A stretch of DNA of 64,000 bases. It comes from Clostridiales bacterium (GTDB taxonomy: Bacteria > Bacillota > Desulfotomaculia > Desulfotomaculales > VENG01). The position numbers and the translations under genes were made by a program. The stretch is taken from NCBI GenBank assembly GCA_016278505.1, contig JADQBQ010000018.1, forward strand, positions 4,002-68,001, read 5' to 3'. The notes beneath the pieces are model-generated. The model was given only the letters and a program-made list of their open reading frames with translations. It was not told the origin of the DNA and searched no databases. Shown piece by piece: positions 9,115 to 18,169 of this stretch. Each line of letters begins with the position of its first letter. The first letter of the stretch is position 1.

Positions 9115-10235
9115 TATGCAGTTTGAAAAGGGTCGTAATCCCTCTGGCTTTCCAACACTTCAACCCTCATACCCCGGTCGTTTACACATCTACGCAAGTA
9201 TTCTGCCATGGATGCTACCACAATTCTCTCCGTGCCATAATGACCGGCATCCACGAAAAAAATACCTTCTGCCATCATATCTTTGGCCGTATGATACTTT
9301 ATATCTCCTGTTAACAGCACCTGCGCTCCCATGGCCTTTGCCGCAGGCCATAAATCGGCCCCGGAACCTCCGCAAACTGCAACCCGCTGCACCTTTGCAT
9401 CCTTATCATCACATCCAAAGCGCACGGATGTAACCCCCAGGGCCTCTTTAACCAGCTGTATAAATTCAGGCCATAGCAGTGGAGAATTAAGATTACCCAC
9501 TCGCCCCAGTCCTTTTTTAGGTCCTTCCAGGGCCAGGGGATATAAATCATAGGCCACTTCTTCGTAAGGATGGGCCTTTACCATTGCATCCACTACCCTA
9601 GCCTTTTCAGAAGTAGGCAGTATAGTTTCCAGACGCACTTCCTCCACGCGCTCCAATTCACCCTGGCTGCCTATGTATGGGTCAGTGCCCTCGCCCGGGC
9701 GGAAGGTACCGGTACCCTTTAGCTGGAAAGTACAGTCACTGTAATTTCCAATCCAGCCGGCTCCCTCACTGCGCAAAGCCTGCATAACATTTTCCAGGTG
9801 AGATTCAGGCACAAATACCACCAGTTTTAAATACTTTTCCTCCTGTACTGCATAAAGCACGCGGGCATCCCTTAAGCCCAGCTTTTCTGCTAAAATATCA
9901 TTTACCCCGCCACCCGCACTGTCCAAATTAGTGTGGGCGGCGTAACTTCCCACCCCGTGCTGAATCAGCTTAGCTACTATGCGGCCGGGCATTGTGTCTA
10001 GACGCAGGCTTTTTAAGCCCTTCATAAACAAAGGATGATGGCTGACTAACAGCTGCACTCCCTTCTGCACCGCTTCCTCAACCACTTGTTCATCAATATC
10101 CAGGGTCACCATTACCCGCTCAACATCTTGGAAGGGGTCTCCCACCTGCCACCCGCTATTGTCCCATGATTCTGACAGTACTGGTGGAGCCAATTCTTCA
10201 ATGAATCCGGTTAATTCCTTAGCTTTTGCGCACAC
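9114..10235 (-). CDS. Nif3-like dinuclear metal center protein (YqfO family)
   Basis: 373 aa. WDNSGWQVG and HHPLFMKG motifs. Follows trmK as in Bacillus. Confidence 0.85.
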   Translation of the reverse strand: MCAKAKELTGFIEELAPPVLSESWDNSGWQVGDPFQDVERVMVTLDIDEQVVEEAVQKGVQLLVSHHPLFMKGLKSLRLDTMPGRIVAKLIQHGVGSYAAHTNLDSAGGGVNDILAEKLGLRDARVLYAVQEEKYLKLVVFVPESHLENVMQALRSEGAGWIGNYSDCTFQLKGTGTFRPGEGTDPYIGSQGELERVEEVRLETILPTSEKARVVDAMVKAHPYEEVAYDLYPLALEGPKKGLGRVGNLNSPLLWPEFIQLVKEALGVTSVRFGCDDKDAKVQRVAVCGGSGADLWPAAKAMGAQVLLTGDIKYHTAKDMMAEGIFFVDAGHYGTERIVVASMAEYLRRCVNDRGMRVEVLESQRDYDPFQTA

Positions 10236-10929
10236 GTATCAATTCCTCCTTTATACCTCGTAGTAACTTGGTTATTCTTTGCTGCTTTTCTACCTTTAAA
10301 GGATTGGTACTCCTGGATAGACCGTCTAAGATCCCAGCGCACTCCCTGCTTCTTTTCTCCAGAAACCTTTCCACCAGCGGACCTCCCTTTTCCAGCAAAC
10401 GGGGCCCTATTTCGAGAGCTACAGGATCTTCAGTGACTATTCCCCTATTTTGTTCGCAGATAATAACCGGATAAAACTTGCCCCTCTCCAATACAAGCCG
10501 TTCATCAACAATACCCCAACCGCTACCCATAAGCCAGCTGCGCACCTCAAAGGCATGATTATTGGGCTGCAAAAGCAGGCTATTTACATTTTGCAGCTTA
10601 TCTTTCCCTTCGGACAGTATTTGTTCTATCAGAAGTCCTCCCATGCCAGCAATAATAATCATATCCACTTCACCGGGGGACAAAATTTGCAGCCCATTTC
10701 CCTGCCTGACTTCAATTTTTGTTTCCAGCCCATAAGATTCTACGGTATTCATGGCCGACTCCACCGGTCCGGCATTCAGATCACCGGCAATTGCCTTGGG
10801 GCATATCCCTTTTTCAACCAGATACACTGGGACGTATGCATGGTCCGTACCAATGTCTGCTATGATTGTATCAGGGCGGACACATTCAACTAATGTGGCC
10901 AGCCGCCCGGAAAGCTGCATCATAATCAC
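10219..10929 (-). CDS. trmK: tRNA (adenine22-N1)-methyltransferase
   Basis: 236 aa. IADIGTDHAY and IAGMGG motifs. Upstream of nif3 with a 17-nt overlap. Confidence 0.8.
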   Translation of the reverse strand: MIMMQLSGRLATLVECVRPDTIIADIGTDHAYVPVYLVEKGICPKAIAGDLNAGPVESAMNTVESYGLETKIEVRQGNGLQILSPGEVDMIIIAGMGGLLIEQILSEGKDKLQNVNSLLLQPNNHAFEVRSWLMGSGWGIVDERLVLERGKFYPVIICEQNRGIVTEDPVALEIGPRLLEKGGPLVERFLEKRSRECAGILDGLSRSTNPLKVEKQQRITKLLRGIKEELIRVRKS

Positions 10930-11049
10930 TACCTTATGTTTTATATAGTTTTATCTTCGCACAGCAAGGACACTCTAGTCCATGATAGAATAAAGTAACA
11001 ATTAAAATCCAGTATTTTCGTCATAAAACGTTAGGAAAGCGGTGTTTTT

Positions 11050-11985
11050 TTGGTGTCAAACAAATCTATGGTCGTCGAAGCCACGAAACTCACCAAAAAG
11101 TACGGTAACTTTATGGCTGTGGACAACATCAATTTTGATATAAGAGCGGGAGAATGTTTCGGTTTTTTGGGACCCAACGGCGCCGGCAAAACCACCACCG
11201 TAAAAATGATTCAATGTTTTTCTCCCCTTACCTCCGGAACCCTTAACGTATTAGGTATGAATGTACAGCATGAAGAGCGTAAAATAAAGTCACGTCTGGG
11301 GGTGGTTCCCCAGGAAGACAACCTGGACCCTGAACTTACCGTGATGCAAAACCTGATTATCTACGCCGCCTATTTTGACTTTAAAGGCATCAAGGCCCAA
11401 AGAAAAGCTAAAGAGTTATTGGATTTTTTTGAGCTGGGAGAAAAACGGGACGCTCTGGCCAGCAACCTTTCGGGCGGCATGAAAAGAAGATTGACTATCG
11501 CCAGGGCCCTCATTAACAATCCTGCTCTACTGGTATTGGACGAACCTACCAACGGTCTGGACCCCCGGGCCCGGCACATGGTATGGCAAAAACTAAGAGA
11601 GTTAAAAAACAGAAATATTACCCTTGTACTTACAACTCATTACCTGGAGGAAGCGCACAGGCTTTGTGACCGTTTGCTGATAATGGCAGGAGGAAAGATA
11701 CTGGATCTGGGCACCCCAAAGGAAATGGTTAATAAACACATTGGTGACGAGGTTCTAGAGCTTAATATCCCGCCGGAACAAATGTCGCCATTGTTAGAAA
11801 AAGTCCGAAAACACATCCATGGCTCCTTAAACCTGGGGACAAGCCTCTGCTTGTCCCCCAAAGACTCCAAGACTTTGATGACAGTTTTACAGGAAACCCC
11901 TTTTGACTTACAATACCAACTCCTGCGTCCTGCAAACTTGGAAGATGTATTTTTTAAGCTCACCGGAAGGGGATTGGAGCAATGA
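11050..11985 (+). CDS. ABC transporter ATP-binding protein (ABC-2 exporter type)
   Basis: Walker A GPNGAGKTT, signature LSGGMKRR, Walker B LLVLDEPT. Confidence 0.85.
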   Translation: MVSNKSMVVEATKLTKKYGNFMAVDNINFDIRAGECFGFLGPNGAGKTTTVKMIQCFSPLTSGTLNVLGMNVQHEERKIKSRLGVVPQEDNLDPELTVMQNLIIYAAYFDFKGIKAQRKAKELLDFFELGEKRDALASNLSGGMKRRLTIARALINNPALLVLDEPTNGLDPRARHMVWQKLRELKNRNITLVLTTHYLEEAHRLCDRLLIMAGGKILDLGTPKEMVNKHIGDEVLELNIPPEQMSPLLEKVRKHIHGSLNLGTSLCLSPKDSKTLMTVLQETPFDLQYQLLRPANLEDVFFKLTGRGLEQ

Positions 11986-12743
11986 GAATCTCCTACCGGG
12001 TTTGGCATGTTTTTATGCGTAATTTTACAGTGTTTAAAAAAACCTGGCTTGCAAATGTGATGTTTAATTTTATAGAGCCCCTTTTATATCTTGGAGCAAT
12101 GGGTTTCGGCCTGGGGGTTTTTGTAGAAGACATTGACGGGCTACCCTATATCAACTGGATGGCACCTGGATTGATCGCAACTTCGGCCATGTGGGCCGCG
12201 GCATTGGAATGCACTTACGACAGCTATATGCGTATGAATTACCAAAAAACATACCATGCCATCATCGCCACCCCGGTAAACCTGGAAGAGGTTGTAGTGG
12301 GGGAAATACTTTTCGGGACATTTAAGAGCCTACTTTACGGGATAATTATTATCATTGTCATTTCAGCACTGGGCCTGGTTCCCTCCCCCTGGGTATTACT
12401 GGTCCTACCGGTTCTCGCATTAGAAGGGCTGGCAGTTACTGAATTAAGTATCACCTGGACCGGCCTTGTACCAGGCGTAGACGCCTTCGGCTTTTTCTTT
12501 ACCCTGGTAATCACTCCCATGTTCTTGTTCTCGGGAGTTTTTTTCCCACTGGACGGCCTACCTGTCTTAGTACAGGTAATTGCCTGGTTTATGCCCCTTT
12601 ATCACGTGGTGGAATTAACAAGAAGCCTTACACTGGGGACAGTGGGACCGTCATTATTATATGACGTGCTGTGGTTAGTGGTCTTTATTACCGCCATATT
12701 TAAGCTACCGCTATATTTAATGCGCAAGCGTTTAATAGACTGA
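11982..12743 (+). CDS. ABC-2 type transporter permease
   Basis: 253 aa multi-TM protein. Start overlaps the stop of the ATPase gene by 4 nt. Confidence 0.8.
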   Translation: MRISYRVWHVFMRNFTVFKKTWLANVMFNFIEPLLYLGAMGFGLGVFVEDIDGLPYINWMAPGLIATSAMWAAALECTYDSYMRMNYQKTYHAIIATPVNLEEVVVGEILFGTFKSLLYGIIIIIVISALGLVPSPWVLLVLPVLALEGLAVTELSITWTGLVPGVDAFGFFFTLVITPMFLFSGVFFPLDGLPVLVQVIAWFMPLYHVVELTRSLTLGTVGPSLLYDVLWLVVFITAIFKLPLYLMRKRLID

Positions 12744-12812
12744 CATGCTATTATGAATAATAGGCTCCTTACCACGGCATTCTATGAGTATTGTTATTGG
12801 TAGATATGCCCC

Positions 12813-13562
12813 TTGAAAAAGGAGTGGGTGATATTGAATGAAACCCTTATGGTGTTAGTTAGAGGCGTAATAGCTTTTTTCACATTGTTCATATTTGCCC
12901 GCATACTGGGAAAGCAGCAAATGAGCCAGCTCACCTATTTCGATTACATACTGGGCATCACCATTGGCTCCATTGCCGCCACGCTTACCACAAACCTTGG
13001 TAACAATACGTGGTCTGAATGGGTGGGCCTTTTCACTTGGTTTATTTTAGTGTTTATCATTCAAATGATTGCGATTAAATCACGCTATATTGCAAAATAC
13101 ATGGATGGAGAGCCTACTGTGGTCATTATGAACGGTCATATTATGGAAGACGCTATGAAGACCATGAGGTACAGCATAGACCACCTCCTGGGTCAACTGC
13201 GCCTCAAAGGGATTTTTGATTTGACGCAGGTGGAATTTGCTGTTTTAGAAACTAATGGCAAACTATCTGTACAAAAAAAATCTGAGTTTCAGCCCGTTAC
13301 TGCCAAGGATTTAAACTTATCCACCAGCTACTCGGGCTTAAGCACAGAGGTTATTTTCGACGGTATAGTACTGGACCAAAACCTGGAGCAATTAAAACTT
13401 GACCGGTTATGGCTGGATGCAGAGTTGAAGAAACTTGGCATAGATGATTATTCCGAAATTGCCCTGGCCAGTCTGGATACTGCAGGGAGATTGTACGTTG
13501 ATAGATATAACGATCGTCTTAAATCATTGACCGACCCGAGTGATTATCGCGGGCCTAATTGA
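12813..13562 (+). CDS. DUF421 (YetF-like) membrane protein
   Basis: ILGKQQMSQLTYFDYILGITIGSIAA motif typical of DUF421. The true start may be TTG 12834 or ATG 12849. Confidence 0.7.
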   Translation: MKKEWVILNETLMVLVRGVIAFFTLFIFARILGKQQMSQLTYFDYILGITIGSIAATLTTNLGNNTWSEWVGLFTWFILVFIIQMIAIKSRYIAKYMDGEPTVVIMNGHIMEDAMKTMRYSIDHLLGQLRLKGIFDLTQVEFAVLETNGKLSVQKKSEFQPVTAKDLNLSTSYSGLSTEVIFDGIVLDQNLEQLKLDRLWLDAELKKLGIDDYSEIALASLDTAGRLYVDRYNDRLKSLTDPSDYRGPN

Positions 13563-13575
13563 GGGGTGAAATAAT

Positions 13576-13944
13576 GTGAGGAAAACCATACTTTATCTGA
13601 TTCCGATACTTACTTTAATTGTCTTTTACGTGGGCCTGACCAGCGGTTCATATTTAAAAAAGCCCACGAGTGAATTAGATGATGTAGCCCAACATATGCA
13701 GATTTTAAAAATGAATATTGAAGGCGGCAATTGGGATGCAGCTGCAACGAATCTAAAAAAAATGAAAAGAGCGTGGGGGAAAGTTAAATCAAGGATCCAA
13801 TTCAATGTTGACAAAAGAAAGATAACTGAAATTGATGTTAAAATTGCTCGCCTGCAAGGTTTAATAGATGCGAAAGATAGAGCGGGGGCTCTAACTGAGC
13901 TAAGCGAAGCCGCCATGTACTGGGATAGTCTTGGAGAATTTTAA
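13576..13944 (+). CDS. Small N-terminally anchored protein, DUF4363-like (usual partner of DUF421)
   Basis: 122 aa. One N-terminal TM helix. Immediately downstream of the DUF421 gene. Family assignment is from memory. Confidence 0.5.
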   Translation: MRKTILYLIPILTLIVFYVGLTSGSYLKKPTSELDDVAQHMQILKMNIEGGNWDAAATNLKKMKRAWGKVKSRIQFNVDKRKITEIDVKIARLQGLIDAKDRAGALTELSEAAMYWDSLGEF

Positions 13945-14010
13945 AATAAAAAGAGAGAGCCCACCTTCAGGGCCCTCCCATAAACATAGCTGAACTTATG
14001 TGCTTAATTA

Positions 14011-14148
14011 TTAATCCCACTCAGTGTTTTCAAGCCAATCGGCACATTTTGTACAAATTGCCCTGCCGGCATAATCCATGTTCTCGTCCTGCAACTGTTT
14101 GGCTAACTCAGCTCCACAAATAGGACAGTTTTCGTTACGCATGATCAA
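14011..14148 (-). CDS. Small zinc-ribbon protein (about 45 aa)
   Basis: CPICG...CTKC pair. TTG 14148 lies 7 nt after AAGGAG. The ORF-track start at 14250 has no RBS. Confidence 0.4.
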   Translation of the reverse strand: MIMRNENCPICGAELAKQLQDENMDYAGRAICTKCADWLENTEWD

Positions 14149-14386
14149 GTTAACACTCCTTTTTTGAGATGAAATATATGATAACAGCCAATTTAAGGAC
14201 TTAAACAAATCCTTAAATGCAAAATCTGAAAATTCGAGCTTATCTTGCATTTATGTTTTGTTTAATGTTATCACTACTTACCATCCCAGGCAAGAAAGTA
14301 TTAGCTATGATAAACATAAGCAGTTATAATCACTTTGAGGAAAAAAGAAACCCGGCGTTGTAACAGCCGGGTTTCTCATCACTTAA

Positions 14387-15292
14387 TTAGGAAGTCCACT
14401 CGTTAACCATATCCTGGTGATTTTCAATAAATTTCTGTGCTGCTTCATCGGGGGTCATACCCTCTTTAATGTTTACCATTACAGGACCGAGTTCCTCGGA
14501 TGTCCAGTAGAAGTTGTCGGCGATGCTGGCAGCTTCCGGCATATCTTCTTTAAATCCCTGGCGGGTCACGGTGTTGATATGCTCTTCGCCCCCGTAAACT
14601 CCCTTGGGATCTTCCAGATATTTGAGGTCAAACTTGGAAAATTTCCAATGCGGGTTCCAACCGGTAACAGCAATCCATTTTTCATTGCTTATTGCTCTTT
14701 CCAGAGCTGCTGCCATGGCAGCACTACTGCTGTCATTAAGTTCTAAATTTAAGCCGTATTCTGTAATTGCTTCTTCAGTAGCCTGCATAATGCCCGCACC
14801 AGGCTCAATGCCGGTAATGGCACCGTCAAACTTATCTGCCACGCTATTCATTTCAGTAATGGAGTCGATGGTAACGTACTCCGGCACGACCAGACCGATT
14901 TTAGCGCCTTCAAAGTTGGGGCCGAGATCAACTACTTGATCCTTAAATTCTTTCCAGTAGTTTTCATGAGTTCCGGGCAGCCAAGCCGCTACCATAAAGT
15001 CAAAATCCCCCTGGGCAACTCCGCTCCACATTACCCCTGCGTCCACTGAAGTTATTTCAACATCATATCCTTCATTGGCAAGCACATTTTTCAATACATA
15101 AGTGCTGGCAATACAGTCGTCCCACTCAACGTAACCTATGTTAACTTTACCTTTGCTTTCTGTTTGGTTACCACCTTGATCTTCACCATTTCCGTTTTCA
15201 CCGGTGCCTTCCTGTCCTCCACAGCCAAAAAGTATTCCGGCCATAAACATTAATACTAAAGCTATACTTAATATTCTTAATACTTTACGCAT
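14387..15292 (-). CDS. Glycine betaine/osmoprotectant-binding lipoprotein (OpuAC/ProX family), without cognate permease or ATPase nearby
   Basis: ATG 15292 after AGGAGGA. Lipobox LFG-C. VNIGYVEWDDCIAST...GDFDFMVAAWLP motifs of the OpuAC family. Confidence 0.8.
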   Translation of the reverse strand: MRKVLRILSIALVLMFMAGILFGCGGQEGTGENGNGEDQGGNQTESKGKVNIGYVEWDDCIASTYVLKNVLANEGYDVEITSVDAGVMWSGVAQGDFDFMVAAWLPGTHENYWKEFKDQVVDLGPNFEGAKIGLVVPEYVTIDSITEMNSVADKFDGAITGIEPGAGIMQATEEAITEYGLNLELNDSSSAAMAAALERAISNEKWIAVTGWNPHWKFSKFDLKYLEDPKGVYGGEEHINTVTRQGFKEDMPEAASIADNFYWTSEELGPVMVNIKEGMTPDEAAQKFIENHQDMVNEWTS

Positions 15293-15677
15293 ACATTTTC
15301 CTCCTTTAAAGCTTAATAACATAGTAAAAGATTAAAAAATAATTTCAGAGCACTAACCTGCTGCTATCTTTACTTATGTACTTTTCCCTGTCCATAAATC
15401 CCCCCTATTCTTACTCGCACAATAGGAATTATATCACAAGAATGTTAAACTACCACACCGCCAACTTGGCTGCTAAATTCAGTGTGGCAGAGATGCAGTA
15501 AGGTATTTACGTGAAATCAGTAAAAATAAAGAATTTTGGAGTATCTGGAGGATTCTTGCCTTTAACAATTCAGCATAGTCCACCACACCCGCCAAACTCA
15601 TCCTTGCCTCACAAGTTGTCAGTGATATATAATGACTAGAAATAGTAAACTTGAGTCAAATCAGGGAGGTTCTTATA

Positions 15678-16502
15678 GTGAGTTCAACCGTGGCAAAAAC
15701 AAAAGAATATTATGACGGCCCTGCGGACGAGATTTACAAGCAGATTTGGCAGGATAACATTCACATGGGAACATGGGAAACAGGGAATGAGGATTTCAAT
15801 ACCGCCCAGGAAAAGACAAACATAGTAATGGCTGAAAAGGCAGGTATTAAAAAGGGCGACAAAGTATTGGATTCCGGATGCGGGTACGGGGCAACCGCAC
15901 GGTACCTGGCAAAAACGTTTGAGTGCAGCATTACCGGCATCAACATTAGCGAAAAAGAATTGGAGCTGGCCAGCCAACGTACCCGTGAGCAAGGTCTGGA
16001 TAATCTTTGTGTATTTGAGTATGGAGACTTTCACCGTTTAAAATACCCGGATCAATCCTTTGATATGGTTTGGAGCCAGGAGGCATTTTTACACGGAGAG
16101 GACAAGCGCAAAATACTTGAAGAATGCTTTAGGGTGGTTAAAAAAGGTGGGAAGTTTGTTTTTAGTGACATCGTAATGATTAAAAGAAATGCCACACCGG
16201 AAGACGAAAAGAAAATTCATGAGCGTTTACAGACCTCCGACATATGGGACTTTGAAGACTACCATAAAGCGTTAAAGGATATAGGGTTTAACGTAAGGAT
16301 CGAAGAGACGTGGTCGGAAAAAGTGGCCCCCAGTTATCATGCCGTAGCCACAGGACTGCGGGAAAACAGGCAGCATATAGAATCCAGAGTTGGTGCAGAG
16401 GTTGTTGATAAGACCTTGGCAGCTCTGGACTTTTGGGTACAAGCAGCTAAAAATGATAAGATAGGACAAATTTTTGTTGTTGCAGAAAAACCAGCTAACT
16501 AA
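15678..16502 (+). CDS. Class I SAM-dependent methyltransferase resembling glycine/sarcosine/dimethylglycine N-methyltransferases
   Basis: GTG 15678 after AGGGAGG. N-terminal YYDGPADEIYKQIWQDNIHMGTW block. Motif I VLDSGCGYG. Confidence 0.65.
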   Translation: MSSTVAKTKEYYDGPADEIYKQIWQDNIHMGTWETGNEDFNTAQEKTNIVMAEKAGIKKGDKVLDSGCGYGATARYLAKTFECSITGINISEKELELASQRTREQGLDNLCVFEYGDFHRLKYPDQSFDMVWSQEAFLHGEDKRKILEECFRVVKKGGKFVFSDIVMIKRNATPEDEKKIHERLQTSDIWDFEDYHKALKDIGFNVRIEETWSEKVAPSYHAVATGLRENRQHIESRVGAEVVDKTLAALDFWVQAAKNDKIGQIFVVAEKPAN

Positions 16503-16543
16503 TTAAAAATTTACAAAGGCCTCCGGTATTTTTCCGTCGGCAA

Positions 16544-16594
16544 CCCTTCTTCTAAAAAGAAGAAGCAGCACGGTATCATATCCGCGCTGCTTCT
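16544..16594. terminator. Overlapping hairpins between the methyltransferase gene and the tRNA cluster
   Basis: CTTCTTC-TAAAAA-GAAGAAG, and GAAGCAGCACGG...CCGCGCTGCTTC. Confidence 0.4.
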
Positions 16595-16672
16595 CTGTTA
16601 ATTAAAACCGTATAGGAATATGCGAGGTTTGGGCTCTTCCCACCTCCAACCTCTCACATCCCACTTCCCATA

Positions 16673-16748
16673 TGGTGGGACCAACAGGACTTGAACCTGT
16701 GACATCCTGCTTGTAAGGCAGGCGCTCTCCCAACTGAGCTATGATCCC
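16673..16748 (-). tRNA. tRNA-Val (anticodon TAC), CCA encoded
   Basis: GGGATCATAGCTCAGTTGGGAGAGCGCCTGCCTTACAAGCAGGATGTCACAGGTTCAAGTCCTGTTGGTCCCACCA folds as a cloverleaf with a 7-bp acceptor stem. Confidence 0.9.
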
Positions 16749-16787
16749 ATTTCATAAACTCCAACCTCTCACTTCCCACGTCCCAAA

Positions 16788-16862
16788 TGGTGGGCCCACC
16801 AGGATTTGAACCTGGAACCAGCCGGTTATGAGCCGGATGCTCTGCCGTTGAGCTATGGGCCC
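16788..16862 (-). tRNA. tRNA with CAT anticodon (elongator tRNA-Met, or tRNA-Ile2 if lysidinylated), CCA encoded
   Basis: GGGCCCATAGCTCAACGGCAGAGCATCCGGCTCATAACCGGCTGGTTCCAGGTTCAAATCCTGGTGGGCCCACCA. The G1-C72 pair argues against an initiator. Confidence 0.85.
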
Positions 16863-16869
16863 AAAATAA

Positions 16870-16944
16870 TGGCTCCCCGAGTAGGATTCGAACCTACAAC
16901 CCTCCGGTTAACAGCCGGATGCTCTACCGTTGAGCTATCGAGGA
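16870..16944 (-). tRNA. tRNA-Asn (anticodon GTT), CCA encoded
   Basis: TCCTCGATAGCTCAACGGTAGAGCATCCGGCTGTTAACCGGAGGGTTGTAGGTTCGAATCCTACTCGGGGAGCCA. Confidence 0.9.
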
Positions 16945-17003
16945 ACGCACTGCACTAGTTATTATACATTATGCAGCTACCATGGTCAACATATTACATT
17001 TTA

Positions 17004-18131
17004 CTATTCAAGGTAATCTTTTAATTTCTTACTTCTACTTGGATGCCTTAGTTTACGTAACGTTTTAGCTTCAATCTGACGAATTCTTTCCCGGGTAACA
17101 CCAAACTGCTGTCCCACTTCCTCCAGGGTGCGGGCCCGCCCGTCATCCAGACCGAATCGCAGGCGCAACACCCTTTGCTCCCTGTCGGTTAGGGTGGAAA
17201 GTACATTTTCCAACTGTTCCCGCAGCAGTGTGAAGGATGCTTCCTCAGCCGGCGCCTTGGCATCATGGTCTTCAATAAAATCACCCAAATGAGAATCCTC
17301 TTCCTCACCAATAGGAGTCTCCAACGATACAGGTTCTTGAGCAATCTTCATTATTTCACGCACTTTGTCTTCAGATATGTCCATTTCCTTAGCTATTTCT
17401 TCCGGATTTGGTTCGCGACCCAGTTCCTGTAATAGCTGCCTGCTCACCCTGATCAGCTTATTAATGGTTTCAACCATGTGCACCGGAATTCGAATTGTCC
17501 TGGCCTGATCCGCTATGGCCCTGGTAATAGCCTGGCGAATCCACCAGGTGGCATAGGTACTAAATTTGTATCCCTTACGATAATCAAATTTCTCTACCGC
17601 CTTGATTAACCCCAGATTACCTTCCTGTATAAGGTCAAGAAACAGCATTCCTCTTCCGACATATCTCTTAGCTATACTTACTACTAACCTTAAGTTAGCC
17701 TCAGCCAACCGCCTTTTAGCTTCTTCTTCACCCTGTTCCATTCGTTTAGCTAAGTCAACCTCTTCTTCCGGGCTAAGGAGGGGAATGCGTCCAATTTCTT
17801 TAAGGTACATGCGTACCGGATCGTCTATACCAATTCCTTCCGGCACAGTGAGATCAACTTCTACTTCTTCTTCGTCTGCAACTTCTGGTTCTTCCGCCTG
17901 CACGGGTGACCCTTTCTTGACTTTAATAGGATCCAGATCTGTAGGCTCTGGAACTACTTCTATACCCATTCCGGCCAATTTTTCGTAGATATCATCTATT
18001 TGTTCAGGAGTCAGTTCTATCCCTTGCAGGCCATCCATAACTTCCGTATAAGTTAAGACCCCACGCTTTTTACCTTTATCTACAAGCGGTTTAACATCTT
18101 TTAAGATGTCAACTTTTTCATTCTCCCTCAT
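17004..18131 (-). CDS. rpoD: RNA polymerase primary sigma factor
   Basis: 375 aa. Regions 1.1-4 are recognisable ([34 protein letters not shown]). Confidence 0.95.
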   Translation of the reverse strand: MRENEKVDILKDVKPLVDKGKKRGVLTYTEVMDGLQGIELTPEQIDDIYEKLAGMGIEVVPEPTDLDPIKVKKGSPVQAEEPEVADEEEVEVDLTVPEGIGIDDPVRMYLKEIGRIPLLSPEEEVDLAKRMEQGEEEAKRRLAEANLRLVVSIAKRYVGRGMLFLDLIQEGNLGLIKAVEKFDYRKGYKFSTYATWWIRQAITRAIADQARTIRIPVHMVETINKLIRVSRQLLQELGREPNPEEIAKEMDISEDKVREIMKIAQEPVSLETPIGEEEDSHLGDFIEDHDAKAPAEEASFTLLREQLENVLSTLTDREQRVLRLRFGLDDGRARTLEEVGQQFGVTRERIRQIEAKTLRKLRHPSRSKKLKDYLE

Positions 18132-18169
18132 ATCGCCACTCCCCCTCTCCTAGGGTATTCCTTCAAGTG

